A DNA stretch of 64,000 nt from the IMG/VR virus record IMGVR_UViG_3300047667_000558, positions 2,278 to 66,277 of that record; one strand, written 5' to 3'. The notes under the pieces were generated by a model. It saw nothing but the letters and a program-made list of their open reading frames with translations, made no database searches and was not told the origin of the DNA. This stretch comes from a virus. Of this stretch, positions 30,640 to 39,144 are shown in pieces (position 1 is the stretch's first letter; each line of letters begins with the position of its first letter). The position numbers were made by a program, and so were the translations under genes.

Positions 30640-31586
30640 TGATTGGTAATAAATTAAGATTTGGCGGCGGCGTCGTCGGGTTGTACAACTTTACCTCACA
30701 TACCTTCACAACCTTAGGCTCACAGGGTAAAAGTGGGCCTACTTCTGTAGCCGGATATTCGGGGTCAGACGTAGACGGATACGTTTCCCTCTCAGCAGGA
30801 CGACAATTATGGGTGGTTCCTATGACAGGGAATTACAGAGTAACCGTCGCAGGTGCCCAAGGCGGTGTTGGCGGCGGCTCCGCTGCCACCTATTATGGCG
30901 GTGGTGGTGGCGTAATACGTGCGACACTCAGTTTGGTCGAAGGAGAGACGCTCTACTTATTAGTCGGACAGAGAGGAGGCAGCGTTTGTGCGGCAAGAGC
31001 AGCAGGCGGCGGCGGAGCTTCTGTTGTGGCAAATGCACAATACTCTAATGTGCGCATGGTTGCTGGCGGCGGCTCCGCAGGCGGGGGCAATACCAACCCA
31101 CGTAATGGCATAGATGCGTTGACTTGGAACGGCAGCAATAGTGGGGCTGGTGGCGGTGGCGGCGGCAACGGCGGCGGCGGCGGGGGCGGCGGCGCGTATA
31201 GCAATGCATCCGGGACAACAGCCGACACCCCTGATCTCAACGGTATAGGATACCAATCAACAATGTTAGGCGGCTTCGGCGGCAGTTGTGCTGCTTCTAG
31301 GGACGCCTCCTGTGGATTATACGTAGAATCAAGTGGTTCTCTTGATTTTGGCGGCTTCGGCGGTGGCGGCGGCGGCGAGTGGTGTAGCTCAGGCGGTATC
31401 GGCGCAGGTGGAGGGTTTACAGGTGGTAACGGTAACGCCACCAGCGACGCCTCGGCGGCTCTCACGGCATCAACGTCATACATAGAACCGTCAGCAACTA
31501 CTACGACAGCCTTAACTACTAATAGGTCCACCACATTATCATTAGGTAGTAGCCTAAACGGGTATATAATCATAGAAGTAATCTAG
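30639..31586 (+). CDS. Glycine-rich tip/adhesin protein (ALK/LTK-like glycine-rich domain)
   Basis: Q.W.VP.TG.Y.V..AGA.GG, L.LLVGQ.G, GGFGGGGG and GYIII motifs; TAATG-coupled to the fibre. Confidence 0.7.
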   Translation: MIGNKLRFGGGVVGLYNFTSHTFTTLGSQGKSGPTSVAGYSGSDVDGYVSLSAGRQLWVVPMTGNYRVTVAGAQGGVGGGSAATYYGGGGGVIRATLSLVEGETLYLLVGQRGGSVCAARAAGGGGASVVANAQYSNVRMVAGGGSAGGGNTNPRNGIDALTWNGSNSGAGGGGGGNGGGGGGGGAYSNASGTTADTPDLNGIGYQSTMLGGFGGSCAASRDASCGLYVESSGSLDFGGFGGGGGGEWCSSGGIGAGGGFTGGNGNATSDASAALTASTSYIEPSATTTTALTTNRSTTLSLGSSLNGYIIIEVI

Positions 31587-31600
31587 GAAGAATTTTTATA

Positions 31601-32041
31601 ATGTACATAAACAAATTAACAGGTGTCGTGTCATCCTCAGTGTCAATCACTAACATATCGTTGCCCAAGGATATAAGTCCAGCTACCTTAGAGGAACTAG
31701 GTTATGCGAAGATCATCCTTACAGTTAGGCCTGATTACAAAGTAGGCAGGGTAATTACTGAGACCGTCGTAGAAGTGGCAGGATCATATACCCAGCAGTG
31801 GATTATTGATGACTCTCTAGTTGATGATGCTTCTGTTTTGCGGCATGAAAGAGATTTAATGTTAAGTCAATCAGACCACACCCAGGCCACTGATACAACA
31901 CAAACAGTAACTGATAAAGAAGCTTGGGCAGTATACAGACAAGAACTTAGAGACTTACCTGCTACCTATGCAAGTAATCCTGCAGAGGTTGTATGGCCTA
32001 CGTCTCCTAGTGTTATCCTTGATGCTCCTGCTAAACCATAA
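31601..32041 (+). CDS. Tail fibre assembly chaperone
   Basis: RHERDLMLSQSDHTQ...W..YRQELRDLP...WP motif. Confidence 0.8.
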   Translation: MYINKLTGVVSSSVSITNISLPKDISPATLEELGYAKIILTVRPDYKVGRVITETVVEVAGSYTQQWIIDDSLVDDASVLRHERDLMLSQSDHTQATDTTQTVTDKEAWAVYRQELRDLPATYASNPAEVVWPTSPSVILDAPAKP

Positions 32042-32064
32042 TGGCTCCAACATTTAAAATAGGC

Positions 32065-32095
32065 TAAATAATAGTAACAAGGAAATTAAATGGCA
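32065..32095 (+). repeat. Cassette leader (partial copy): TAAATA late promoter + AAGGA RBS
   Basis: TAAATAATAGTAACAAGGAAA is identical to 41548-41568; TAAATA-to-ATG offset is 25 nt. Confidence 0.8.
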
Positions 32096-34327
32096 GAAAC
32101 AAATAGAACCACCCTTAAAGGGACAATTGCAACCAACTTACCCGACAATACGTCTAATCAAATTTCTGCCGCCGATATCCGCAATGAATTGATTAGCTTG
32201 GCAGACAGTGTCCCATTTAGATATACATCACAAACAATTCCACCAGTTGCAGGCGATGACATCAATGGCACGGCTGGCAATGGGTCATTTGGAATTGGCG
32301 ACTCTTGGGTAGATGGTGCTTCTGGTATTATTTACATTTGCGCAAGCAATGCAGCATCAAATGCAATTTGGCAAATATCAGCCACTAACTTTGCCGTTAT
32401 TGGTGATGGTGATGCTGCAATTAATCAAATTGCAATTTGGCAAGATGATTCAGTTGTAGTCGGTACGTCAGATTTTACATACGCTGCTGGTGTACTGAGC
32501 GTAACAGGCACCGTGGCCGCAACAGATTTTACAGGCGATGGTTCTGCATTAACTGGGTTTGCGACAGTTGCTACTACAGGCGACTATGTTGATCTTATAA
32601 ATTTACCAACACTTGGTACTGTTGCTACTACAGGTGATTATGTTGATCTTATAAATTTACCAACACTTGGTACCGTTGCTACTACAGGTGATTATGTTGA
32701 TCTTATAAATTTACCAACACTTGGTACTGTTGCAGTTCTAGATACGACTGATGTGTTAATTGTTACAAACAACCTTTCGGAATTGACCAATCCAGCAATA
32801 GCAAAAAACAACCTAGGTATTGACATAGCTGAAGCTAGTGTTGCATCTGCTACGACAACCGATCTAGGAGCAGTCGCGTCAGACAATATGTTGATTACTG
32901 GCACGACTACTATCGCCTCATTTGGCACAGCAGCGGCTGGCGTCACTCGCAAGGGTCGTTTTGGCGACACACTAACACTCACATATAACGCAACCAGTAT
33001 GATCTTGCCAGGCGTAGCAGATATCACCACATCTGCCAATAGCACATTTGAAGCATTATCTCTCGGAGCAGGCAACTGGATTGTTACCAAGTACCAAAAA
33101 ACAGACGGCACAGCTGTAATCGGCAGTGCTGGAAGTGCTGGCGGCACTGCCTACACTACAACAAAAACTGCTAACTACACTGCTGTGACAAACGAAGGTG
33201 TGTTGACTGATACGTCTGGCGGCACATTTACTGTGACATTACCTGCATCACCGACAAACGGCATGCAGGTAATAATTGCTGACGTGAGCAATTCATGGGG
33301 CGCGAACAACCTTATTATAGGGCGTAATCTCAGCAATATTGCCGATGCCTCGGAAGACTTTATTTGTGATATCAACGGGGCTTCGGTCCAGTTTGTTTAC
33401 AATGCATCTGCACCAGCATCTTGGGAAGTGTTTTCTCAGGTTGGCGGTAGTGGCGGCACTGCAGTCACGTTGGATGGCGTGCAGACACTCACAAATAAGA
33501 CGTTAACTGCACCTGCCCTTGGCACGCCTGTAAGTGGCACATTAACCAATGTCACTGGGCTACCTCCTGCTGGTGTGGTTGGTACTGCGGTCACATTGGA
33601 TGGCGTACAGACACTCACAAATAAGACGATTAACGATCTAGCAGAAGTAAGCATTGTTTCCGCCGCAACAGTAAATATTGGAGGGGTAGCATCAAACAAT
33701 GTGTTGATTACTGGGGTGACGGACATCACCTCGTTTGGCACAGCAGCGGCAGGTGTCACCCGCAAGGGACGCTTTGACGGTGTGTTAACACTCACATATA
33801 ACGCAACCACTATGATCTTGCCAGGTGTAGCAGATATTACTACGTCTGCCAACAGCACGTTCGAGGCATTATCTCTGGGCGCTGGCAATTGGATTGTCAC
33901 TAAGTATCAGAAAGCTGATGGCACTGCTGTAATTGGGCTTGCCGATGCAAACGGCGACGTGCTCTTTTCGGAAGAATTAACAGCTACAAGTTATAATGAA
34001 ACTCATGTCGCAGTAACGTCCTCGGCTAATGCCACAACTATCGACTGTGAGACAGGTAACACGTTCAGTCATATACTGACTGAAAACACCACGATCACGT
34101 TCAGCAATCCTCCTGCATCGGGTACGTCCTACACAATGTCGGTAGAACTTATTCAGGACGTTTCTGCAACTGGTTTCAGTGTGACATGGCCTGCATCTAT
34201 TGACTTCCCATCTGCAACAGCCCCCACATTAACAGCTACCGCCAGCGCAGTTGATGTATTCGTATTCACTACTCGTGATGGTGGAACCACATGGTACGGC
34301 TTTACTGCCGGACAAGCATTAGCGTAA
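32090..34327 (+). CDS. Fibre protein, cassette 3 (MxETNR head)
   Basis: Shared head, two copies of the SAT..ITG...LILPG domain, an internal TLPASP domain, TLTNKT motifs and a C-terminal TTRDGGTTWYG domain. Confidence 0.8.
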   Translation: MAETNRTTLKGTIATNLPDNTSNQISAADIRNELISLADSVPFRYTSQTIPPVAGDDINGTAGNGSFGIGDSWVDGASGIIYICASNAASNAIWQISATNFAVIGDGDAAINQIAIWQDDSVVVGTSDFTYAAGVLSVTGTVAATDFTGDGSALTGFATVATTGDYVDLINLPTLGTVATTGDYVDLINLPTLGTVATTGDYVDLINLPTLGTVAVLDTTDVLIVTNNLSELTNPAIAKNNLGIDIAEASVASATTTDLGAVASDNMLITGTTTIASFGTAAAGVTRKGRFGDTLTLTYNATSMILPGVADITTSANSTFEALSLGAGNWIVTKYQKTDGTAVIGSAGSAGGTAYTTTKTANYTAVTNEGVLTDTSGGTFTVTLPASPTNGMQVIIADVSNSWGANNLIIGRNLSNIADASEDFICDINGASVQFVYNASAPASWEVFSQVGGSGGTAVTLDGVQTLTNKTLTAPALGTPVSGTLTNVTGLPPAGVVGTAVTLDGVQTLTNKTINDLAEVSIVSAATVNIGGVASNNVLITGVTDITSFGTAAAGVTRKGRFDGVLTLTYNATTMILPGVADITTSANSTFEALSLGAGNWIVTKYQKADGTAVIGLADANGDVLFSEELTATSYNETHVAVTSSANATTIDCETGNTFSHILTENTTITFSNPPASGTSYTMSVELIQDVSATGFSVTWPASIDFPSATAPTLTATASAVDVFVFTTRDGGTTWYGFTAGQALA
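32567..32728 (+). repeat. Three tandem 54-bp units (VATTGDYVDLINLPTLGT)
   Basis: Near-identical units start at 32567, 32621 and 32675. Confidence 0.92.
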
Positions 34328-34339
34328 GGAGCGTAAATA

Positions 34340-36460
34340 ATGGCTACTAAAAAGAAAATGTTACAGGCTGCGGCGGGCAATGCTGGCGGTGGTACAATTG
34401 AACCCGTTGGCGTAGACTTCGATGGTGGGTTTGATCGGCTGTCTCGCGCAAGTGACCTCGTGGGAAATGTGGACGGCAAAGAAGGGACCGCTGCCTTCTG
34501 GATATACGCTAACTCGGCAGCTTCTAACGACATGATATTGTCGGCGGGAGGGACAAGTTCATCGAGGGGAATTAAGGTTGCTATGTCAACAGGCGGCGGA
34601 TCGCTTAATGGCATATCCTTTCAATTCTTTAATACTTCGGACTCTCAAATCGCTTTTTGCGACACCATAAGTGTAAGTAAACAAACTTGGATACACATTT
34701 TAGCCTCATGGGACTTGGCCGCTGGAGTGTTTAAAATTTATGTGGATGATGTTGAGGCACAAAGATCACCAAGCCTCTCAAACGCTAACATAAATTACAC
34801 CAACACAGCGTGGGGGATAGCCAATTTAAACTCTACTCTAACACTGGACGGTCGCCTCGCAGGTGTCTACCTCGATTACACCTACCGTGATCTATCCGTA
34901 GAAGCTAACCGCCGCGACTTCATTGATGCTGATGGTCTATACGTCACCCCGCCAACCAGCGGCATCATTAGCGTCCCTATGGACGATCCTGCCGATCCGG
35001 GTCGCAACGATGGTACAGGTGGTGACTTCACGCTTAACGGCACGGTTGCTCGTAGTGGTCGTGGGCCTGACCAGTATAATGTTGCGGCTAGTACGTTTGA
35101 TGGGGGTGCTGATTATATGGAGAACACCAGCATATCTACCCCTACAACCAAAGAATTTACATTTTCTGCTTTTATTAAGCTAAACGCAAACAATAATGGA
35201 TACCTGTTTACCAAGGCCCAGTATTCAAATGGAGTTGTAAACCCATTCGAGCTTTACTATTCAGGGTCAAACATTCGGATAAGGGCAGCCACTGATGTGG
35301 GTGGCACAGTTACCGCCAACTACACCATCCCCTCGTCAGACTTGCCACTAGGTAAGTATGTAAGCGTGCAGATTTCCTTTGACCTTACTTCCACGTCTAA
35401 TCGGTATGTACTTGTTAATGGGAATGATGCTGGCGGAAGCTGGACTACATACTCAAATACTCAAACAGTGGCGGGTAATCGCGCATGTGTAGGAGGTTCA
35501 TACAGTTCTACTTTTGGTTTTGATGGTGATATATCAGATTTATACTTCGACACCTCCTACATCGACCTAGCCACATACAACCCCTTCTACGACGCTGGCA
35601 CCAACAAACCCAAGTACCTCGGTGCGTCCGGTGAACTACCTACAGGCTCAAGCCCTCTGATCTACCTGCCGCTACGTGCAGATGACGCAGGGAATAACTT
35701 AGGTACAGGTGGTGACTTCACGGTAAACTCAGGGCCTTATGTTGGTGCTAGGGGTGCGAGTGAGTTCTTGGCTAGGAGCGCTGAGTTTGATGGGAGTACG
35801 GGTTATCTGAGCCGAGCAGCCCTTACGGGAGCAGCAGATAGCAAGACTTTTAGCCTAGTTGTTGCTTTTAAGCCTACCACTTCAGCTACAAAGTGGTTGC
35901 TACGCTTCGAGGACTCTGGGTTCCAGATACAATTAGGGCTTTACATAGACACAGCCAGTTCTACCCTAATAGTAACGGGCTTGGATGGTGCAACTGCTAC
36001 GTTTGATGCTAGACTGAACTCCTCTTGGACCTTGAACAACACAACCATTGCGTTCTTATCTGTAGACCTTGACAGCACATCCCGCCGATACTTTCAAACA
36101 CTAACCGTCGGCTCACCAAGTTGGGAAAGATATATTGCCAACGATTTAGGGTTTTCTGGTATTGTAGACAGTAAAATAGGGCGTGGATACACGTCTGGCA
36201 CTACGTGGGACGGGGACATAGGCTCCTTGTACCTTACCACAGATTACATAGACTTTAATCAAGAAGCCAATCGCCTCAAGTTCGTGGATGGCCTCGGCTA
36301 CCCAGTAGACCTTCAACCTGCCATTGATGCGGGTGATATTCCCACCCCCTTAATTCACATGAAGTTCGATGACACCTCGGCCCTTGGGACTAACTCAGGT
36401 AGCGGCGGTGATTTCACAGTTAATGGCACAGTAACCGCTGGCCCAGACGTAAAAGGATAA
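34340..36460 (+). CDS. Tip/adhesin with three ConA/LamG-like lectin modules
   Basis: WIHILASWD...KIYVD. Three modules each begin FDG..DY/RL and end G.N.G.GGDFT.N. Confidence 0.7.
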   Translation: MATKKKMLQAAAGNAGGGTIEPVGVDFDGGFDRLSRASDLVGNVDGKEGTAAFWIYANSAASNDMILSAGGTSSSRGIKVAMSTGGGSLNGISFQFFNTSDSQIAFCDTISVSKQTWIHILASWDLAAGVFKIYVDDVEAQRSPSLSNANINYTNTAWGIANLNSTLTLDGRLAGVYLDYTYRDLSVEANRRDFIDADGLYVTPPTSGIISVPMDDPADPGRNDGTGGDFTLNGTVARSGRGPDQYNVAASTFDGGADYMENTSISTPTTKEFTFSAFIKLNANNNGYLFTKAQYSNGVVNPFELYYSGSNIRIRAATDVGGTVTANYTIPSSDLPLGKYVSVQISFDLTSTSNRYVLVNGNDAGGSWTTYSNTQTVAGNRACVGGSYSSTFGFDGDISDLYFDTSYIDLATYNPFYDAGTNKPKYLGASGELPTGSSPLIYLPLRADDAGNNLGTGGDFTVNSGPYVGARGASEFLARSAEFDGSTGYLSRAALTGAADSKTFSLVVAFKPTTSATKWLLRFEDSGFQIQLGLYIDTASSTLIVTGLDGATATFDARLNSSWTLNNTTIAFLSVDLDSTSRRYFQTLTVGSPSWERYIANDLGFSGIVDSKIGRGYTSGTTWDGDIGSLYLTTDYIDFNQEANRLKFVDGLGYPVDLQPAIDAGDIPTPLIHMKFDDTSALGTNSGSGGDFTVNGTVTAGPDVKG

Positions 36461-36975
36461 TGACTATGTATGCTAAAATCACAAATGGACTGGTAGATCA
36501 GTTCCCATATTCCGTTTCTAAACTAAAGCGGGACAACCCTCTCACTTCATACCCAAGCCCTATGAGCACGCCGCAAATGGCCAACGCTGGCCTATATTTT
36601 GTGAAGGGTCTATCGGCACCAGAGATTGGACCTTATGAGGTTGCTTACCACACAGGTGATATTGTCCAAGTCGGTGGCGAGTGGCAACGTGAGTGGGCTA
36701 TTCAAGATATGTTCGCTGACACCACCGATGAAGACGGGGTGACTACAACAAAAGCAGAGCACGAGGCAGCTTACCAAGCTACACTAGATGCAACTGCTGC
36801 CACCGCTATCCGCATTAAACGCACAGGGTTGCTAGCTGACACAGATTGGACACAGCTTGCTGATGCCATGGTCGACGCGACTTCATGGGGAACTTATAGG
36901 CAGGCATTACGTGATATTACCACTCATACTTCTTTTCCGTATCTTGCGGAAGAGGACTGGCCCGTTAGACCGTAA
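36460..36975 (+). CDS. Tail fibre assembly chaperone
   Basis: R..LLADTDWTQL.D....W..YRQALRDI...WP motif. Confidence 0.8.
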   Translation: MTMYAKITNGLVDQFPYSVSKLKRDNPLTSYPSPMSTPQMANAGLYFVKGLSAPEIGPYEVAYHTGDIVQVGGEWQREWAIQDMFADTTDEDGVTTTKAEHEAAYQATLDATAATAIRIKRTGLLADTDWTQLADAMVDATSWGTYRQALRDITTHTSFPYLAEEDWPVRP

Positions 36976-37025
36976 TAGTCAACTGTCCCATTACTAAATA
37001 CTAATAACAAGGAAAAGATATGGCA
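36974..37025 (+). repeat. Cassette leader copy: AATAGTCAACTGT-8 nt-TAAATA-AAGGAAAAGA-ATGGCA
   Basis: Same motif order and spacing as the copies at 39093 and 41527; begins within the upstream stop codon. Confidence 0.85.
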
Positions 37026-37802
37026 ACACTATCAAACATTATCACGCCGACAAACCTCGTCACAGCGACAAGCACAACTACGCTTACGAATAAGACGTTA
37101 ACTGCGCCTACATTTGACGGTACACCTGATGGCACTGCCACGACGTTTATAGGGGCGGCTGGTGCCTTGATGGATAGCGAGGTAACTAATCTCGCACAGA
37201 TCAAGGCGTTTGATACGGCTGACTATGCAACAGCAGCACAAGGTACCACAGCGGATAGTGCCCTACAAAGCGGGGACCTCGCGTCGGCTGGCGCGTTGAT
37301 GGATAGCGAGGTGACTAATCTTGCACAGGTTAAAGCATTTGATACGGCTGACTATGCTACAGCAGCCCAAGGCTCAACGGCTGACACTGCCCTGCAAAGC
37401 GGCACCATCGGGTCAACTGTTCAGGGTTACGACGTGGACACGTTAAAGGCGGACACCGCAGACAATCTTACAGCCGCCTTTACAGCCGCCGTCGATGACG
37501 ACGGGACGCTGACAACAGGAACCTACACACCCACCACCGCTGCAGGGTCTAACTACAAGAAGATTATAAACGGCGGGGCGTTTACGATTGCGCCTCCTGC
37601 CCTTGCGACGAACACAGCCACAACGCTTTCCCTGTTTATCGTCAATAATGCCAGTGCGGGGGCAATCACAACAAGCGGCTTCACTATGGTAAATGGTGAC
37701 GCATTTACAACGACGAACGGAGACGAGTTTCTGTGCAGGATTGAAGTGTTTGACATTGGCGGCACGGAGTTTTCTCTGTTTAATGTGGTGGCAATGCAAT
37801 GA
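37020..37802 (+). CDS. Fibre protein, cassette 4 (MATLSNIITP head)
   Basis: TLTNKTL; duplicated GALMDSEVTNLAQ.KAFDTADYATAAQG; C-terminal NGGAFT.A.P...GAIT.SGFT...GD domain. Confidence 0.78.
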   Translation: MATLSNIITPTNLVTATSTTTLTNKTLTAPTFDGTPDGTATTFIGAAGALMDSEVTNLAQIKAFDTADYATAAQGTTADSALQSGDLASAGALMDSEVTNLAQVKAFDTADYATAAQGSTADTALQSGTIGSTVQGYDVDTLKADTADNLTAAFTAAVDDDGTLTTGTYTPTTAAGSNYKKIINGGAFTIAPPALATNTATTLSLFIVNNASAGAITTSGFTMVNGDAFTTTNGDEFLCRIEVFDIGGTEFSLFNVVAMQ

Positions 37803-38455
37803 CTTTAATTCTACCACAGATTGGCGGCTGGTATAGTGCTGGTAGCGCTGTTGACGCTATAAATTTCGCATCTGGCCACGGTGGCCTCAAAGACATTACC
37901 GCAAGTCAAATGAACTTCGGGTCAGGTCCTTACACTTACGAAACATGGTTCAACACCCCCATTAGCCCCGGTGCCATAAGTTATATGCAGGTTGTGGGGA
38001 GCGGTTTCGCTACTAACAGTTCTAGTATATACCTTCAAGGGGCCAGTTACGCATTTTGGTCGAATGGTGCGGAAAGAATTAGTACAGCAAGCTACACTGC
38101 TAATTTGTGGACTCACGTCGCGGTTACTGTGCAGAGCAATACAGCAACGATGTGGGTAGGAGGTGCGCAGATTACAACTGGTGGGTCAATCGGCAATGTG
38201 ACTACTACCGAGCTTTATGTTGGTGCCAATCCCGGCGGAAGCACCCAATATCAAGGCTTGCTGTATAAGCCCAGAGTTTCAAGTGGCGCTAGGTACACCT
38301 CAGCCTTTACGCCGGACACGGACTACACTGTTGATGGCACTACGCTTTTCATGCCTGTTGCTGATAGCGCCTCTGGTATTTATGACGCAGCAGGAAATGC
38401 TACTTTAGTTGTAGGATCAGGGGTTACTAGAGATTTAACAGGAGCAAAACCATGA
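37799..38455 (+). CDS. Tip protein with a single LamG/ConA-like domain
   Basis: YTYETW, WTHVAVT...MWVGG, RVSSGARYTSAFTP; ATGA-coupled to the fibre. Confidence 0.75.
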   Translation: MTLILPQIGGWYSAGSAVDAINFASGHGGLKDITASQMNFGSGPYTYETWFNTPISPGAISYMQVVGSGFATNSSSIYLQGASYAFWSNGAERISTASYTANLWTHVAVTVQSNTATMWVGGAQITTGGSIGNVTTTELYVGANPGGSTQYQGLLYKPRVSSGARYTSAFTPDTDYTVDGTTLFMPVADSASGIYDAAGNATLVVGSGVTRDLTGAKP

Positions 38456-38955
38456 AGCTAGCCCACATCAGAAGCGGTGAAATTATCCGCGTATATCCCG
38501 ACAGCAATGGCCGCGTCCTGCTGGAAAATGGCGACACGGTGTCGCCACCTGTTGCGGGTTACATCAACGGCAATGATCGGATTGTCCCTGTTGAAGAAAT
38601 GACGGTAGACAACTCAACAACCACACGCACCGCATCTACAAGTGTCGAAACGGTAGAGGATGATCGCGTTCTGCGCACTATGAATATCACAGATATGGCG
38701 ATTGAGGATATCCGCGCGGGTCTGTCATGCACCAAAATGCAAGGGGTACTCACCCTTGGTGAAGTTATGTGGGGAAGGGTGATTGCTTTTTGTGATGATG
38801 ATCCTTCTACAACTCTGATACAGAAGGAGATTATTAACAGCTCCGATAATTGGACGCGTAACAGCGAAAACATCCAATTCATTGGGTATTTGATCGGCTT
38901 CAACGACGAGCAGATGGACGCCATGTTCACCGCTGCGGCATTGGTCGAAGCATAG
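38452..38955 (+). CDS. Putative fibre chaperone, cassette 4
   Basis: C-terminal W.R...I..IG..IG...QMDAMFTAAA pattern; last gene of the cassette. Confidence 0.65.
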   Translation: MKLAHIRSGEIIRVYPDSNGRVLLENGDTVSPPVAGYINGNDRIVPVEEMTVDNSTTTRTASTSVETVEDDRVLRTMNITDMAIEDIRAGLSCTKMQGVLTLGEVMWGRVIAFCDDDPSTTLIQKEIINSSDNWTRNSENIQFIGYLIGFNDEQMDAMFTAAALVEA

Positions 38956-39019
38956 CCGCAAAAGAATTTATAATCAGCCACGATTGTGGCATTGTTCTAT
39001 AAAATAAAGGGCTAAGAAT

Positions 39020-39097
39020 ATGTGCACAGACACAACGACAACAACTTACTCGCTGGTTAAGCCGGAAGTCGGCGCATCCGAGGATACGGGGAAATAG
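39020..39097 (+). pseudogene. 25-codon remnant of a foreign fibre gene N-terminus
   Basis: Translates to MCTDTTTTTYSLVKPEVGASEDTGK*, which resembles the recalled MADTTTTxYxLxKPEVGASEDTWG start of phage fibres. It is cut where the leader repeat begins. Confidence 0.55.
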
Positions 39098-39144
39098 TCA
39101 ACTGTACCGTCGATAAATAACAATAACAAGGAAAAGACATGGCA
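39079..39144 (+). repeat. 66-bp cassette leader copy (late promoter + RBS)
   Basis: 62/66 identical to 41513-41578 (four transitions). Confidence 0.92.

Noticed and set aside
32567-32728. 54-bp tandem repeats as a CRISPR array
   Set aside because: No unique spacers; they are in-frame coding repeats in a fibre gene; no cas genes are present.
34334-34339. TAAATA immediately before the 34340 ATG as a late promoter
   Set aside because: It lies between the AAGGAG RBS and the ATG with zero spacing, so it is more likely an AT-rich spacer.
38977-38990. GCCAC-GATT-GTGGC hairpin as a terminator after cassette 4
   Set aside because: Only a 5-bp stem with a weak U-tract; too little support to call.
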